NCBI RefSeq assembly: GCF_963921235.1 | Contig: NC_086098.1 | Coordinates: 2,356,001-2,420,000 of the forward strand | Length of the DNA stretch: 64,000 bases | DNA from: Mobula hypostoma | Lineage: Eukaryota | Direction of reading: 5' to 3' | In this document: positions 12,075 through 24,620 of the stretch, one piece after another | Numbering within the stretch: position 1 is the first letter of the stretch | Layout of the letters: each line of letters starts with the position of its first letter | The notes under the pieces: model-generated | Databases searched by the model: none | What the model saw: only the letters and a program-made list of their open reading frames with translations | What the model was told of the DNA's origin: nothing | Translations under genes and position numbers: made by a program

Positions 12075-12520
12075 GAGAATCCCTACTACCCATCCCACAA
12101 TATCTTTGACCCACGACTATCAGGAAGGAGGTACAGGAGCATCAGGACTAGGACTGCCAGACTGTAACAGCTTCTTCCCTCAGGCTGTGAGACTAATGAA
12201 TACCCCGCCACCACCGAGATCATGTCACTCGGACAGTGAGCTGTTTATTGTTTACTGTTTACCTGCTGCGCAGTACATACATTTTGAATAGTGCATACAA
12301 AATGCTGGAAGAATTCAGCATCTGTGGAAATGAATGAACAGCTGACATTTTGGGCTGAGACCTTTATTCATTTCCATAGGTGCTGCCTGACATGCTGAGC
12401 TCCTCCAGCATTTTGTGTGTGTCCCTCTGAGTTTCCAGCATCTGCAGAATCTCTTGTGTTTATGCATTTTGAATGATATTTTATTAACTTATAGTAATAT
12501 TTTGGCTTATGAGCTGCTTG
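12075..12520 (+). mobile_element. Rex1-type 3' end, interrupted by a fold-back pLTR unit (12292-12462)
   Basis: tcaggaaggaggtacaggagcatcagg..cagcttcttccctcaggctgtgagacta; same tail at 40835-41115. Confidence 0.7.
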
Positions 12521-13689
12521 AAGTAACTGCCGCCCAGTTACACTGAGTGCCCTCCACAACATCAGACACTTTATTTTCTGAAATTGTTCTGGTCAGTAAG
12601 CTGTTACGGGCCAGAAGATCATTCTGCAGATTTTCCCAAGACTGATCCATCTTGGCATGACAGGTATATAGTTCATAAGAACTACTTTGACCCTATTCAG
12701 ACACCAGCAAGATTGTTTAGTGGTGCAGTCATGAATACCACACAGTGACATAATAAGACCATGTTTGTATGGTATAACCTATGTTAGATGCAATTTTTAT
12801 AAAATTGCATAGTTATCACCCAAGGAACAAGTGGAGCATAGAAAGTACAATTACATACATCTCTGCTTAAAAATTCACATCGGAAGTCTGTAAAGATACA
12901 GCACTTCAGAAGATATCAAGTGAAAAAATAATTCTTCTTCAGCAAAAAAACTTAGTTCCAACTTATACAGTAAACCCATTCGCTATCTAATCAAAACTTT
13001 CAACGACTTTCATTTACATACGGCAGTGTTGCACCACCAACCAAATCGTGAGCCATTCAAATACCTAATACATTGAAAATGCTATTTAGCCTCCTATACC
13101 AGAATGCCTCCAAAAATTGCCCCAAAAAATACACCCAGGAATTGTTCTACGCAATTCCAACTATAATAGTGCTTGGCAGTGGAAAATCAACGAAACATAG
13201 AGTCCAGGTATAGCTACATTGAGGCATAAGAAAGCACAGATGGAGGAATTTGCCAAATCAGAAATCAGACTGAAGATGAAATTTGCATGCTGTACTAGTG
13301 GTGATGCTATTTAGAGGAAATTTACAATTGACAAAAAAGGCTCAAGATTCAAGATTGTTTCATGTCATTTCCTGAACACAAATGTAAAGGAGAACAAAAT
13401 AAATGTTCCCTCAGATTCAACGCAGTACAAAAAAACACACACTAAGATGAAGAACACAATAAGAAAAACACAATAAATATAAATACATAAGATAGGTTAT
13501 ATACATGGATTGATTGCATGTCCATAAAATGATACTAGGCACAGGAGTGCCTGTACATCAGGTGACTGACAGGAATGATAAAATAGTGGTGGGTGACATG
13601 GTGGGTTGGGTAAGTGGGTGAAAGGGTCGATCCTTGAGCAGGAAGACTGGGATCCTTCAAGATGTTCCTGTCACAGGAGATATGACATA

Positions 13690-13840
13690 AATACAAGAGT
13701 ACTGTAGATACCTGAAATCCAGAGCAACAAACACAAAATGATGGAGGAACTCAGAAGATCGGACAGCATCTATGGAGGGAAATAGAGATTCGATGTTTCA
13801 TGTCGAAGACCTTCATCAGGACTGTAAAGGAAGTGAGAAG
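13690..13840 (-). mobile_element. Penelope-like pLTR tail with degenerate hammerhead
   Basis: Reverse complement reads cagtc ctgatga aggtcttcgacat gaaac atc. Confidence 0.75.
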
Positions 13841-14124
13841 ACGTGGACAGGCTTGATATGAAGATATTCAGAAGAAGATTTTCTGGAAAAAGAGAGTGGT
13901 AAAAGGACATAATTTTCTCTCCTCAGATGATTGTGAACCTCTGGCAAGTTGGAGTGACTGAATGTATTCCAGGTTGAGAGAGATACTTTTAGACATTAGA
14001 GGATTCAATGGTTATTGGAATCAGTCAAGCAGTTAAGGTGAGGACAAATATCAGAATATCCATGATCTAACAGAATGAAGAACAGCTCTGAGATGCCTAT
14101 TAATCTTTTTCTGCAACTAATTAG

Positions 14125-14430
14125 AGTCATAGTCACAGAACACAGAAACAGGCCATTTTGCCCATCTAATCAATGCCAAACCACTAATCTAGTCCCATTG
14201 ACCTCCACCAGGTCCATAACCCTCCATACCCCTACCATCCATGCACCTATCTAATTCCTCTTGAACATTGAAATCAAAATTGCATCTGGCACTTCCACTG
14301 GCAGCTCATTCCACACTCTTCCCATCCTCTGAGTGATGAAGTTCCGGCTCATGTTCCCCTTAAACATTTCACCTTTCACCCTTAACCCATGACCTAGTCT
14401 CACCCAACCTCAGTGGATGACCTGTCTACA
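14125..14430 (-). mobile_element. CR1 3' end
   Basis: ggcagctcattccacactc, cccttaaacatttcacctttcacccttaac. Confidence 0.8.
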
Positions 14431-14624
14431 TGTGAAGCCATTTTCAAGTAATTACGGACCCGTATTTCCAGATCCCTTCGTTCTGGTGCACTGCTCAGTG
14501 CCAACTGTTCACTGTGCAAGACATACCCTGGTTAGTCCTACCGAAGCACAACATTTTGCATTTGTCTGCGTTATACTTAAGGACCTTATCCTATTTTCTT
14601 TCCACTTTTTTATTTGCTTACACA

Positions 14625-14965
14625 CAATTAAGGATAACAGGTTTAGGGAACCTTGCTTATCAAGAGACATTGAGGTGCAGGTTAAGAAAAAAAAAGAGGT
14701 GCTTTGCTGATATAGGCAGACAGGAACAAATGAAGTACTTGAGGAGTATAAGAAATGCAAGAGATCACTTATGAAAGAAATCAGGAGGGCTAAAAGAAGA
14801 CAGTAGATTGCATTAGCGGACAAGAAAATCCTAAGGGCTTCTGCAGATATATTGAGCAAAAGGATAACAAGGGACATATTAGTCCTCTGGAAGATCAGAG
14901 GAGGACGCTATGTGTAGAGCTGAGATAGATGGCAGGAGAACTTAAATGGACTCTTGGCTTCTGCA
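14625..14965 (+). mobile_element. CR1 ORF2 internal fragment
   Basis: KDNRFREPCLSRDIE..KKK; homologous to ~2515-2850. Confidence 0.8.
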
Positions 14966-15139
14966 ATTCTCGAGAGATGAAAGGCCTATTACTATATTAG
15001 AGTGTTCAATGACTCGAGAATTATCACTCCTGGAAAAGTTAACATCTGTGAGTTATTAAAATATCTGTTCAAATAATGAGACTGTACCTGTTTAGAAGAT
15101 TGACATTCATGGATGGACAAATCCTTTGTACATCATTAC

Positions 15140-15505
15140 AAATGACAAAGGTACAGTTTGAGACAAAGGACAAATGTACATGTTGGGACAAAGGTACAGA
15201 TTGGGACAAAGGACAAAGGACCAAGGTATGGTCTGGGAGAAAGTACAAAGTACAGGTTGGGACAACGCTACAGCTGGGACAAAGAACAAATGATAAAGGT
15301 ACAGTTTGGGACAACATTACAGTTTGGGACAAAGGACAAAAATGCAAGATTGGGAAAAAGGACTAAGTACGGTTTGTGACAAAGTGCAAAGATATACTTT
15401 GGGACAAGGATGAAGGTACAGCTTGTGGCAAAGGACAAAGGTTCATTTTGGAGCAAAGGACAAAGATACTCTTTGGGACAAAGGTGCAGTCTGGCACAAA
15501 GGATA
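15140..15505. repeat. Degenerate tandem repeat built from GGACAAAGGTACAGTTTG (18 bp) and GGACAAA (7 bp) units
   Basis: Repeated tttgggacaaaggacaaaggtacag variants, seen directly. Confidence 0.85.
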
Positions 15506-15794
15506 AAAATTTGTAAGCTGATAATCTTTATTCCAAGTGGAACTGTTGTTAACAAACCTGCACTTAATATCCGCGAAATTCCTGTTCTACTTCCACTGCA
15601 ATGTAATTTCTATTTCCAGTCCTAATCATCATTTTGACCCCTAGGATACTCACAACCAAAAAACAATTTCTGCAACCCGTTCATCCCAGTAAGGAACAAC
15701 ATACCCCAATAACAACTGCCAGCAGTCCCCACCCCAACATAAATGCACACAATGTTGAATGAAACTATTAAAGAATTACAGCAGCTTGTTTAAT

Positions 15795-16045
15795 GCGTTA
15801 CAGTGATTGGGGCTCAAGTCTTGCTGTTGTCTGTAAGGAGTTTGTACATTCTCTCTGTGACCGATTGGGTTTCCTCCCACATTCCAAAGTTGCAGTGGTT
15901 CAGGTTAGTAAGTTGTGAGTTTGCTATGCTGGCCCCAGAGGTGCAGTAACACTTGTGGGTGCTCCCAGCACACATCCAGACTCCTTGCTGCATTGCTCTG
16001 AATGTTTCGAAGTTTTGATGTACATATGACAAATAAAGTGAACCT
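15795..16045 (+). mobile_element. V-domain (HE1-like) tRNA-SINE, degenerate
   Basis: ctgtaaggagtttgtacattctc...gggtttcctcccacattccaaag. Confidence 0.65.
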
Positions 16046-16409
16046 TTAATCCGTATCTTTGATATGATGAGAAGGACTCTTGTCCTCACAATCTAACTCG
16101 TTATGATGTTGCACCGTATTGTCTTCCTGCATTGCACTTTCTCTGTAACGGTAGCACTTCATCCTGCATTCTGTTACTGTTTTACCTTGTTTTACCTCAA
16201 TGCACTGAGCTATGACCTGAACTGTATGAACAGTATACAAGACAACCTTTCCATTGTATCTCAGTACATGTGAGAATAATATACCAATACTAATACACAT
16301 GGATAGTGGTTTGCGAGTCAGGGCTATAATGCTGAGACAGTCAGCAAATGATTGAGAAAATCTGCAGGCCAGATGATCCTGAATCACTGCTAACCTCACA
16401 TTATCTGCG

Positions 16410-16725
16410 GTACAGATAGGGTAACTGCGAGTAGGCTTTTCTCACTGAGGTTGGGTGAAACTACAACCAGAGGTCATAGGTTAAGGGTGAAAGGTGAAAT
16501 ATTTAATAGGAACATGAGGGGAAGCTTCTTCACTCAGAGGGTAGTAAGAGTATGGAATGAGCTGCCAGTTCAAGTGGTGGATGTGATTTTGATTTCATCT
16601 TTTAAGAGCGGTTTGGATAGGTACATGGATGGAGGGGTATGGAGGGCTGTGATCTGGGTGCTGGTTGATGGGACTAGGCTGATTAATAGTTCAGCATGGA
16701 CTGGATGGGTCGAAGGTCTGTGAGA
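16410..16725 (+). mobile_element. CR1 3' end
   Basis: TRGHRLRVKGE..FFTQRVVRVWNELP..FKSGLDRYMD. Confidence 0.9.
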
Positions 16726-17159
16726 CTCTAACAGCTTGAACCTCAGACTGAAATCATGGCGAGAACCTTTATCCTAGGAGGCTGACTGTCCTGCGTAGTT
16801 TTTCCAGCAGCTTCTTTCTTTATTACAGCTTTTCAGAATCTGCACAATCTCTCCAATCTTCCGTAACACTGAGGCTGAGGGTGAACCTATTCGAAGTGCT
16901 GTGTTATGCTTGAGGCATTAATTATTCTCAGCTTTCCGCTGTTAAATTATGCTCAAAAAATAATTAAGACTGTTCAGATCAATCCTTTATATTTACAAAG
17001 TGAGAAGCATTCAATCCCCCATTCTTGTGTGAAAGCTCCTGAAACAGGGTGGACAACCTCGCCCAGCCTAACTGATCCCACAACTCATTAACTTATTTTT
17101 AAGTGTGCTTTATAACTGGTATCGTCAAAAATAAGGATTGTTTTTATTTGTACAGTTTG

Positions 17160-17382
17160 TCAGGACCAAAAGGCTCCCAGATGGTTTCTTCCACCAGGCC
17201 ATCGGACTGATTAATTCATGCTGACACAATTGTATTTCTATGTTATATTGACTGCCTGTTGTACATACTATTTATTATAAATTACTATAAATTACACATT
17301 GCACATTGAGATGGAGATGTAACATCAAGATTTTTACTCCTCATGTATGTGATGTAAAAAATAAAGTCAATTCAATTCAATT
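17160..17382 (+). mobile_element. Rex1 3' tail, same subfamily as 6921-8886
   Basis: Similar to 8650-8886; (CAATT)n end. Confidence 0.85.
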
Positions 17383-17944
17383 CTTCTTTTGCACTTTGCT
17401 TGCCAGTCAGTCACTTTATATTAACCTATCAGTCTTCAAGCCCAGCCCTGCCACTCAGGGACTTGTGCTACTGTTATTACTTTGTGACTCTAGGCGTTGG
17501 ATCGTAATGATCGGTGCTGTGTGTGGCCGTGTGTGGCTGTGTTTTCCACCTTGGAACTACAGCAGGAGTTCGCAGCCTGGGCTCCACAAGATATTGATAA
17601 CGTCCTGCCCTGCAGGAATGATGTTTCATTTAGCTGCAGTCATGTGTTTAGTAGGATGACAATAAACTTGAATTTGTAAATAAAAGGTTCAAGTACATTT
17701 ATTATCAAGGTATAAATTATACAACCTTGAGCTTTGTTTGCTCACAGGTAGTCACAAAGCAAGAAACCCAAAAGAACCCTATTTAAAAAATATAAAGTAA
17801 CAATAAAAGACCAACACTTGATGCGCAAGACAAAGAAAAAAAAGTCATGCAAACAATTGAAGTGAACAGCAGCATTCTGAATCAAAATTGAGTCCTCAGA
17901 TCCAATCCCCAGAGAAGCCCAGAGTAGGCCAAAAAACTTGAAAG

Positions 17945-18330
17945 ATTTCTTGAATTTGCCCTCCCCCGTTCACATTCACAATTCCTGTTTCCCTCCCTAA
18001 GCTCATCTCCTTGCCAGCCCTCTGGTGCTCTTCCCCCTTCCCCTTGTTTCATGGTCTTCTGTCTTCTCCTATCAGATTCCCCCTTCACCAGCCCTTTAAC
18101 TCTTTCACCATCAACCTCCTGGCTCTTTACTTCACCCCCTCCCTCTCTCCTGGTTTCACCCATCACCTGCCCCCTTGTACTTCTTCCACCCCTCCCCACA
18201 CCTTCTTACTCTGACTTCTCTTCCTCCCCACTCCCGATGACAGGTCGCAGCCCAAAACATCAAGTGATTACTCTTTTCCATAGAGGCTCCAGGCCTGCTG
18301 AGTTTCTCCAGCATTGTGTGCGTGTCGTAC
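17945..18330 (+). mobile_element. Penelope-like pseudo-LTR
   Basis: Pyrimidine tract, then ccgatgacaggtcgcagcccaaaac and ctgctgagtttctccagcatt. Confidence 0.75.
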
Positions 18331-18649
18331 TGAACTTACTCTTTATTTATCTTTAGATTTTCATAAATTCTATTGTGCTTTGTTACTTTCCCATAAATAT
18401 CTGGAAGAAAATAAACCTAGGTGTACTGTGTAGTGACATATATCAAAAGTACGTTGTTAATAAATTTACTTTGAATTAGTGAGGGTGAAAAGACAGAACG
18501 TTCCAATGGAAGAAAACACTTTAAACAAAAAGAAGTGTCTTTATGAGTGAAGGTCCATATCCAGATATATGAATACAGATAGATAGATAGATAGATACAG
18601 ACATATGTGGGGAGCCACAGTAGCAATGTAGCTGGCACTACACTATTAC

Positions 18650-19297
18650 AAGACAGTAAGATGCAGGAGCAGAATAAGACCATTCAGCCCATCGAGTCTA
18701 CTCCACCATTCCATCATGACTGATCCCGGATCCCACTCAACCCCATACACCTGCCTACTTGCCATAGCATTTGATGCCCTGACCGATTAGGAAACAATCA
18801 ACGTCCGCCTTAAATATACACACAGACTTGGGCTCCACCGCAGTCTGTGGCAGAGCATTCCACAGATTCACTACTCTCTGGCTCAAAAAAATTCCTACTT
18901 ATCTCTGTTCTAAAAGCTCACCCCTCAATTCTGAAGCTGCGTCCTCTGGTTTTGGATACCCTCATCACAGGTAACAGCCTCTTCACATCCACCTCATTTA
19001 GTCCTTTCAACATTCGGTAGGTTTCGATGAGATCCCACACATTCTTCTAAATTCCAGTGAGTACAGGCCCAAAGTTGCCAAACACTCCTCATATGTTAAC
19101 CCCTTCATTCCTGGAATCATCCTCGTGAACCTCCTCTGGACTCTCTCCAATAATAACACATCCTTTCTGGGATATGGGGCCCAAAACAGTTGACAATACT
19201 CCAAGTGCGGCCTGACTAGTGTCTTATAAAGGCTCAGTTTTATCTCCTTGCTTTTATATTCTGTTTCCCTTGAAATAAATGCCAACATTGCATTTCA
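18650..19297 (-). mobile_element. CR1 3' fragment
   Basis: ORF 19007..19288 LYKTLVRPHLEYC. Confidence 0.9.
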
Positions 19298-21288
19298 CAA
19301 GATCACAAGGCAAAGGAGCAGAGGTAAGCCATTCGGCCCATCGAGTCTGCTCCGCCACTCCACCACGAGCTAAACTATTCTCCTATCTAGTTCCAATTTC
19401 CAGCTTTTTCCCCATATCCCTTGATACCTTGACTAATTAGATACCTATCAATCTCCTCCTTATACACCCTCAACGATCGGGCCTCCACAGCTGTATGTGG
19501 CAACGAATTCCATAAATCCACGACCCTCTGGCTAAAAAAATTTCTCCTCATCTCTGTTTTAACTGGGTACCCTCTAATTCTAAGACTGTGGCCTCTTGTC
19601 CTGGACTCACCCACCAAGGGAAACAACCTTTCCACATCTACTCTGTCCAACCCTTTCAACATTCGAAATGTTTCTATGAGATCCCCTCTCATTCTTCTAT
19701 ACTCTAATGAATACAGTCCAAGAGCCGACAAACGCTCCTCATGTGTTAGCCCCTGCATTCCAGGAATCATCTTTGTAAATCTTCTCTGAACTTTATCCAA
19801 CATCAGTACATCCCTTCGAAGACAGGGGGTCCAAAACTGCACACAGTATTCCAGATGAGGTTTCACCAGTGCCCCATAGAGCCTCATCAACACCTCCTTA
19901 CTCTTATACACTATTCCTCTTGAAATGAATGTCAACATAGTATTCGCTTTCCTTACTGCCAATCCAACCTGGTGATTAACCTTTAAGGTATCCTGCACGA
20001 GGACCCCCAAGTCCCTTTGCGTTTCCGATTTTTGAATTTACTTCCCACCTAAATAATAATCTGCCCCGTTATTTCTTCTTCCAAAATGTAAACCTGTACA
20101 TTTCTCAACATTGTATCTCATCTGCCATTTTTTGCCCAATCTCCTAAACTGACCAAGTCTCTCTGCATCTTTCTGTTTCTTCAACACTTCCTGCTCCTCC
20201 CTATCTTGGTGTCGTCCGCAAATTTAGCCACAAAACCATTTAATCCATAATCTAAGTCATCGATATACATTGTGAAAAGAAGCGGCCCCAACACCGACCC
20301 CTGCGGAACACCACAAGTAACCGGCAACCAATCAGAACAGGAGCCCTTTATTCCCACCCTTTGCTTTCTGCCCATCAGCCAATGCTCCACCCATTCCAAT
20401 ATCTTTCCTATAATTCCATGGGCTCTCATCTTATTAAGCAGCCTCATATGCGGCACCTTATCGAAGGCTTTTTGAAAATCCAAATACACCACATCCATAG
20501 CCTCCACCTTGTCAATCTTATTTGAGATTACCTCAAAAAATTCCAATAGGTTGGTGAAGCAAGATCTTCCCTTCATGACATGCTGGCTTGGGCCTATCTT
20601 GTCATGCACCTCGAGGTATTTCATAACCTCGTCCTTGAGGATCAACTCCAATAACTTTCCTACTACCAATGTCAGACTAATAGGTCTGTAATTTTCGTTT
20701 TGCTGCCTCCCTCCTTTCTTAAACAGCGTAACTACATTTGCGACCTTCCAGTCCTCCGGAACCATGCCAGAGTCTATTGATTCCTGGAAGATCATTTCCA
20801 ATGCCTCCACAGTCTCCAAAGCCACCTCCTTCAGAACCCATGGGTGCACCTCATCCGGTCCAGGAGACTTATCTGTTCTTAGTCCATTTAGCTTCCTAAG
20901 CACTTTCTCTCTAGTAATCTTGACTGTACTTAATTCTATTCCCTGAGACAGCTGGCTATCAGGTATGTTGCTAATGTCTTCCACTGTGAAGACTGATGCA
21001 AAATACTCATTTAGTTCCTCTGCCATCTCTTTGTTACCCATTATCATTTCTCCAGCATAATTTTCAATCAGTCCTATATCTACCCGTGTCACTCTTTCAC
21101 TCTTCATATATTTAAAAAAAAACTGTGTCCTTTTTTATGTTAATTGCCAACTTTCTTTCATAATTCATCTTTTCTTTCCTAATGACTTTCTAGTTTCCTT
21201 CTGTAATTTTTTAAAAGTCATCTAGTCCTCAGTTTTCCCACTAGTTTTTGCTTCCTTGTACGCTGTCTCTTTTGCTTTTATTTTATAT
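19298..21288 (-). mobile_element. Younger 5'-truncated CR1 (RT + 3' end)
   Basis: ORFs 20181..21107 (NYRPISLT, YLDFQKAFDKVPH, GVPQGSVLGP, FADDTK) and 19387..20010. Confidence 0.95.
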
Positions 21289-22092
21289 AAGTTCATCTGC
21301 CATTTCTTTGTTCCCCATTACTGCCTCACCAGCATCATTTTCCAGTGGTCCAATATCAACCCTCATTTTGAATTTATTCTTTATATAACTTAAAAAAACT
21401 TTTGGTATCCTGCTTTATACTATTGGCTAGTTTGCCCTCATATTTTGTCTTTTCCCTTCTTATAGCTTTTTTAGTAGCCTTTTGTTGGATTTTTCAAAGC
21501 TTTTCAATCATCCAACTTCTCACCCATTTTTTTTTACCTTATACACCCATCCTTGGCTTTTATGCAGTCCTTAACTTCCTTTGACAGCCACGGTTGCCCA
21601 ACCCTGCCATTTGACAACTTCTCCTTTTGTGGAACATATCTATCCTGCGCCTTGTGAACTACTCCTAGAAACTTCAGCTACCTCTGCTCTGCCATCATCT
21701 CTGCTAGTAACTCCCTCCAATACACCTTGTCAAGCTCCCCTCTCATGCCTCTGTAATTCCCTTTGTTCCATTGTGATTCTGACACGTGATTTATGCCTCT
21801 CACTCTCAAATTGCAGTATAAGTTCATTTTATGATCACCACCTCCTAAGGGTTCCTTTAATTTAAGTGCTCTAAATAGATCTGGTTTATTACACAACACC
21901 CTATCTAAAATAGCCTTTACCCTAGTAGGCTCGAGCACAGTCTGCTCTAAAAAGCCATCTCATAGGCATTCAACAAATTCCCCCTCTTGCGATCTGACAC
22001 CAACCTGATTTTCCCAACTATTTGCATATTGAAGTTCCCCATTACAATTGTGTCATTACGTGGCTTTTCCATCTGCCTTTTCAATCTCAACC
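21289..22092 (-). mobile_element. CR1 ORF2 endonuclease-region fragment
   Basis: ORF 21678..21938 EPTRVKAILDRVLCN..PLGGGDH. Confidence 0.85.
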
Positions 22093-22094
22093 CC

Positions 22095-22340
22095 AGTATA
22101 GCTCACAGCTCAGGATGCGGAGCTGAGAGTTCAGTTCCAGCTCTGTCTTTAAGGAGACTGTATGTTCTCCCCAGGAACCGCGTGGGTTTCCTTCAAGCGC
22201 TTCGGTTTCTTCCCACAGTCCAAGGACGTACCGGTTGGTAAGTTAATTGGGTTAATTGGTAATTGGCTTTGCTGGGCAGTGAGGTTTGTTGGGTTGATGG
22301 AGTCTTTTCCACGCTGTATCTCGAAATAAAAATTAAATAT
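22095..22340 (+). mobile_element. V-domain tRNA-SINE
   Basis: tgtatgttctccccaggaaccgcgtgggtttcc..ttcccacagtccaaggacgtacc. Confidence 0.75.
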
Positions 22341-23172
22341 TCATGGACACAGAGATGTAGCCACACAAATGTTTACCTTTCAAAGACTTACTTTGACTTT
22401 GACATGTCTGGGGGTGAAATGTGGTTTCGGAAATGGAAAGCTAGACTGAATTAAAGACTGTAATCACAGCAGAAAATCATTGTTAGACTAATTCCAAGAA
22501 CGGCACTGGAGAAGATTTTCAGTGACAATGCTTTCCTTTCAGAAGGGAACAGTTCAGCTAATTGTAGCTTGATTTATACTATAAATGTAAATACAATGTA
22601 GCTCTCATTGTCTAATATGTCTTATTCTGGACACATACTAATTGTTAATTATTAGGGACTAACTAACTCACTGAAGCGAGCCTGCTGATTGACATGAGGA
22701 TGTATGTGTACAGGCTGCTGCCTCAAAACCAGTCATTTACGATACAAATCAGTCTGGTGATAGAGTGTCTTTAAATTAAGTTACAACTATGCAGTTATTG
22801 GACAGGGAGTAATTGATAAAACCATTAGTAACACTTGTAGAGATAAAAGGCAGCATACTCATGCAGCCATAATTATTCCTAATGGATATATGCAGTAAAT
22901 TGTGATAGAAAAAAATCTTGCATTATCTTTCAATCAATCCTGACATGCCTGGAAGATTATCACTGACTACCGTTCAGAGATCCAAAGAAAAATGACCATT
23001 TTAGATTTCTGTCTCATTTGCTTGTTTATTCTGTTAAACCATTTACTTGATCTTTGTGATGCAACAATTTTTTTTAAGTGAATTTGAACATTAGGTTTCA
23101 ATGGTCTGTTTGCTTTTTTGCATGAAACAGGCACTTTTTAAAGGGCCACTATACTCATGCAGATGTAGCAAA

Positions 23173-23425
23173 ATTCTTCTTCTTAAGCCCATCACCCCGA
23201 CTTGGGCTGACAGCAGCTCACCAAAGTCCTCTGTCTCAGGCCAGTCTTTCAAGTTTTCCCAGGTTTTGCCCTTTTCCTTGGTGATCTCGTCCTCTCCTGG
23301 GGATGAGATCGTTGGACCTTTGGTTGGCATTTCTGTAGCAATGGGATTTTACAGGACAGGGTTGCAAGTCCCATGCCCATTCCTCCTCCTTACGCAGCCG
23401 GCTTGGGACCATCCATGGCAGAGTT
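23173..23425 (-). mobile_element. Bipartite RTE-derived non-autonomous element
   Basis: Reverse complement: ggtcccaagccggc..ggaggagg..gggcatggg..aaccctgtcctgtaaaa (RTE-type 5' motif) joined to an RTE-like C-terminus and an (AAG)n tail. Confidence 0.6.
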
Positions 23426-23750
23426 ACGGTAGCATAATGATTGGAACAATCACTTTACAGTGCCATCGATCACCAGTCAGGTTTCAATTCCTGCCACTGT
23501 CTGTAAGAGCTTGTACATTCTCCCCATGATGCTGTGGGTTTATTCCGGGCGCTCCAGTTTCCTCCCACACTCGAAAGGTGTAAATATGGCCAGAGCTTGT
23601 GTGTTGTGGGCAGCCCACTTCCAGTGCCCACAACGCACAAACTCCAGCCACATCTACTTCTTTGTGGGAGGAACCTGGAACACCCTGACTTGATTCGATG
23701 CAATTGACACATCAGACTGCACATGTGACAAATAAAGATAATCTTTGTCT
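23426..23750 (+). mobile_element. V-domain tRNA-SINE
   Basis: tttcaattcc box B-like, then ctgtaagagcttgtacattctcccc..ctccagtttcctcccacac. Confidence 0.7.
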
Positions 23751-23789
23751 TTTATCACACTAATTAGAAGCAGAATTGTACACTTTGGT

Positions 23790-24620
23790 TTCAACTAATC
23801 AAAGACCAAGGAACTGATCAACTTCAGTCCGCATCGGAGGATCAGAAGTGCAGCAACTTCAGATTCCTCGGTGTTATTATTGCAGAGGGTCTCTCCTGGT
23901 CCCACGCGTCAGTGCAATTACAAAGAAAGCACAGCAGGGCTTTCACCTCCTCAGGAGTTTGAAAAGATTTGGCATGACATCTAAAACTTTGTCAAACTTC
24001 TGTAGATGCTTAGAGGAGAATATATTGACTGATTGCATCACAGTCTAGTATGGAAGCATCAATGCACTTGAATGGCAAATCCTACGAAAAGTGGATATGG
24101 TCCAGTCCATCGTGGGTAAAGCCTTCCTCACCATTGATACTGCAGCGATGCAGCATCCATCATCAGGGACCGCTCACCAGCCAGGTCATGCTCTTTTCTC
24201 TCGGCTGCCATCAGGAAGGAGGAACAAGAGCCTCAGGACTCACACCACCAGGTTCAGAAACAGTTACTACCACTCAGCCATCAGGATCTTGAACCAAAGT
24301 GGGTAACTTCACTGAACTTCACCGAAATTTCCCCACAGCCTACAGACTCACTTTCAAGTACTCCTCATCTCATGTTCTTGATATTTATTGCTTGCTTTCT
24401 TATTGATTTGTTTGTTTGTTTATTTATTTATTAGTGTATTTGAGCAGTTTGTTGTCTTTTGCCCACTGGTTGAACACAGGGTTTTGTGCAGTCTTTCACT
24501 GATCCTATTATGGTTATTATTCTCTTTGGGTTTATTGAGTATGCCTGCAAGAGAATGAGTCCTGGGGTTGTATACGGCGACAGATATCTACTTTGATAAT
24601 AAATTTACTTCAAACTTTGA
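23790..24620 (+). mobile_element. Rex1/Babar 3' fragment with tail
   Basis: KKAQQGFHLLRSLKRFG, HQPGHALFSRLPSGRR..HTTRFRNSYY. Confidence 0.85.

Noticed and set aside
15069..15555. Overlapping ORFs on both strands
   Set aside because: Artefact of the stop-poor GGACAAA repeat.
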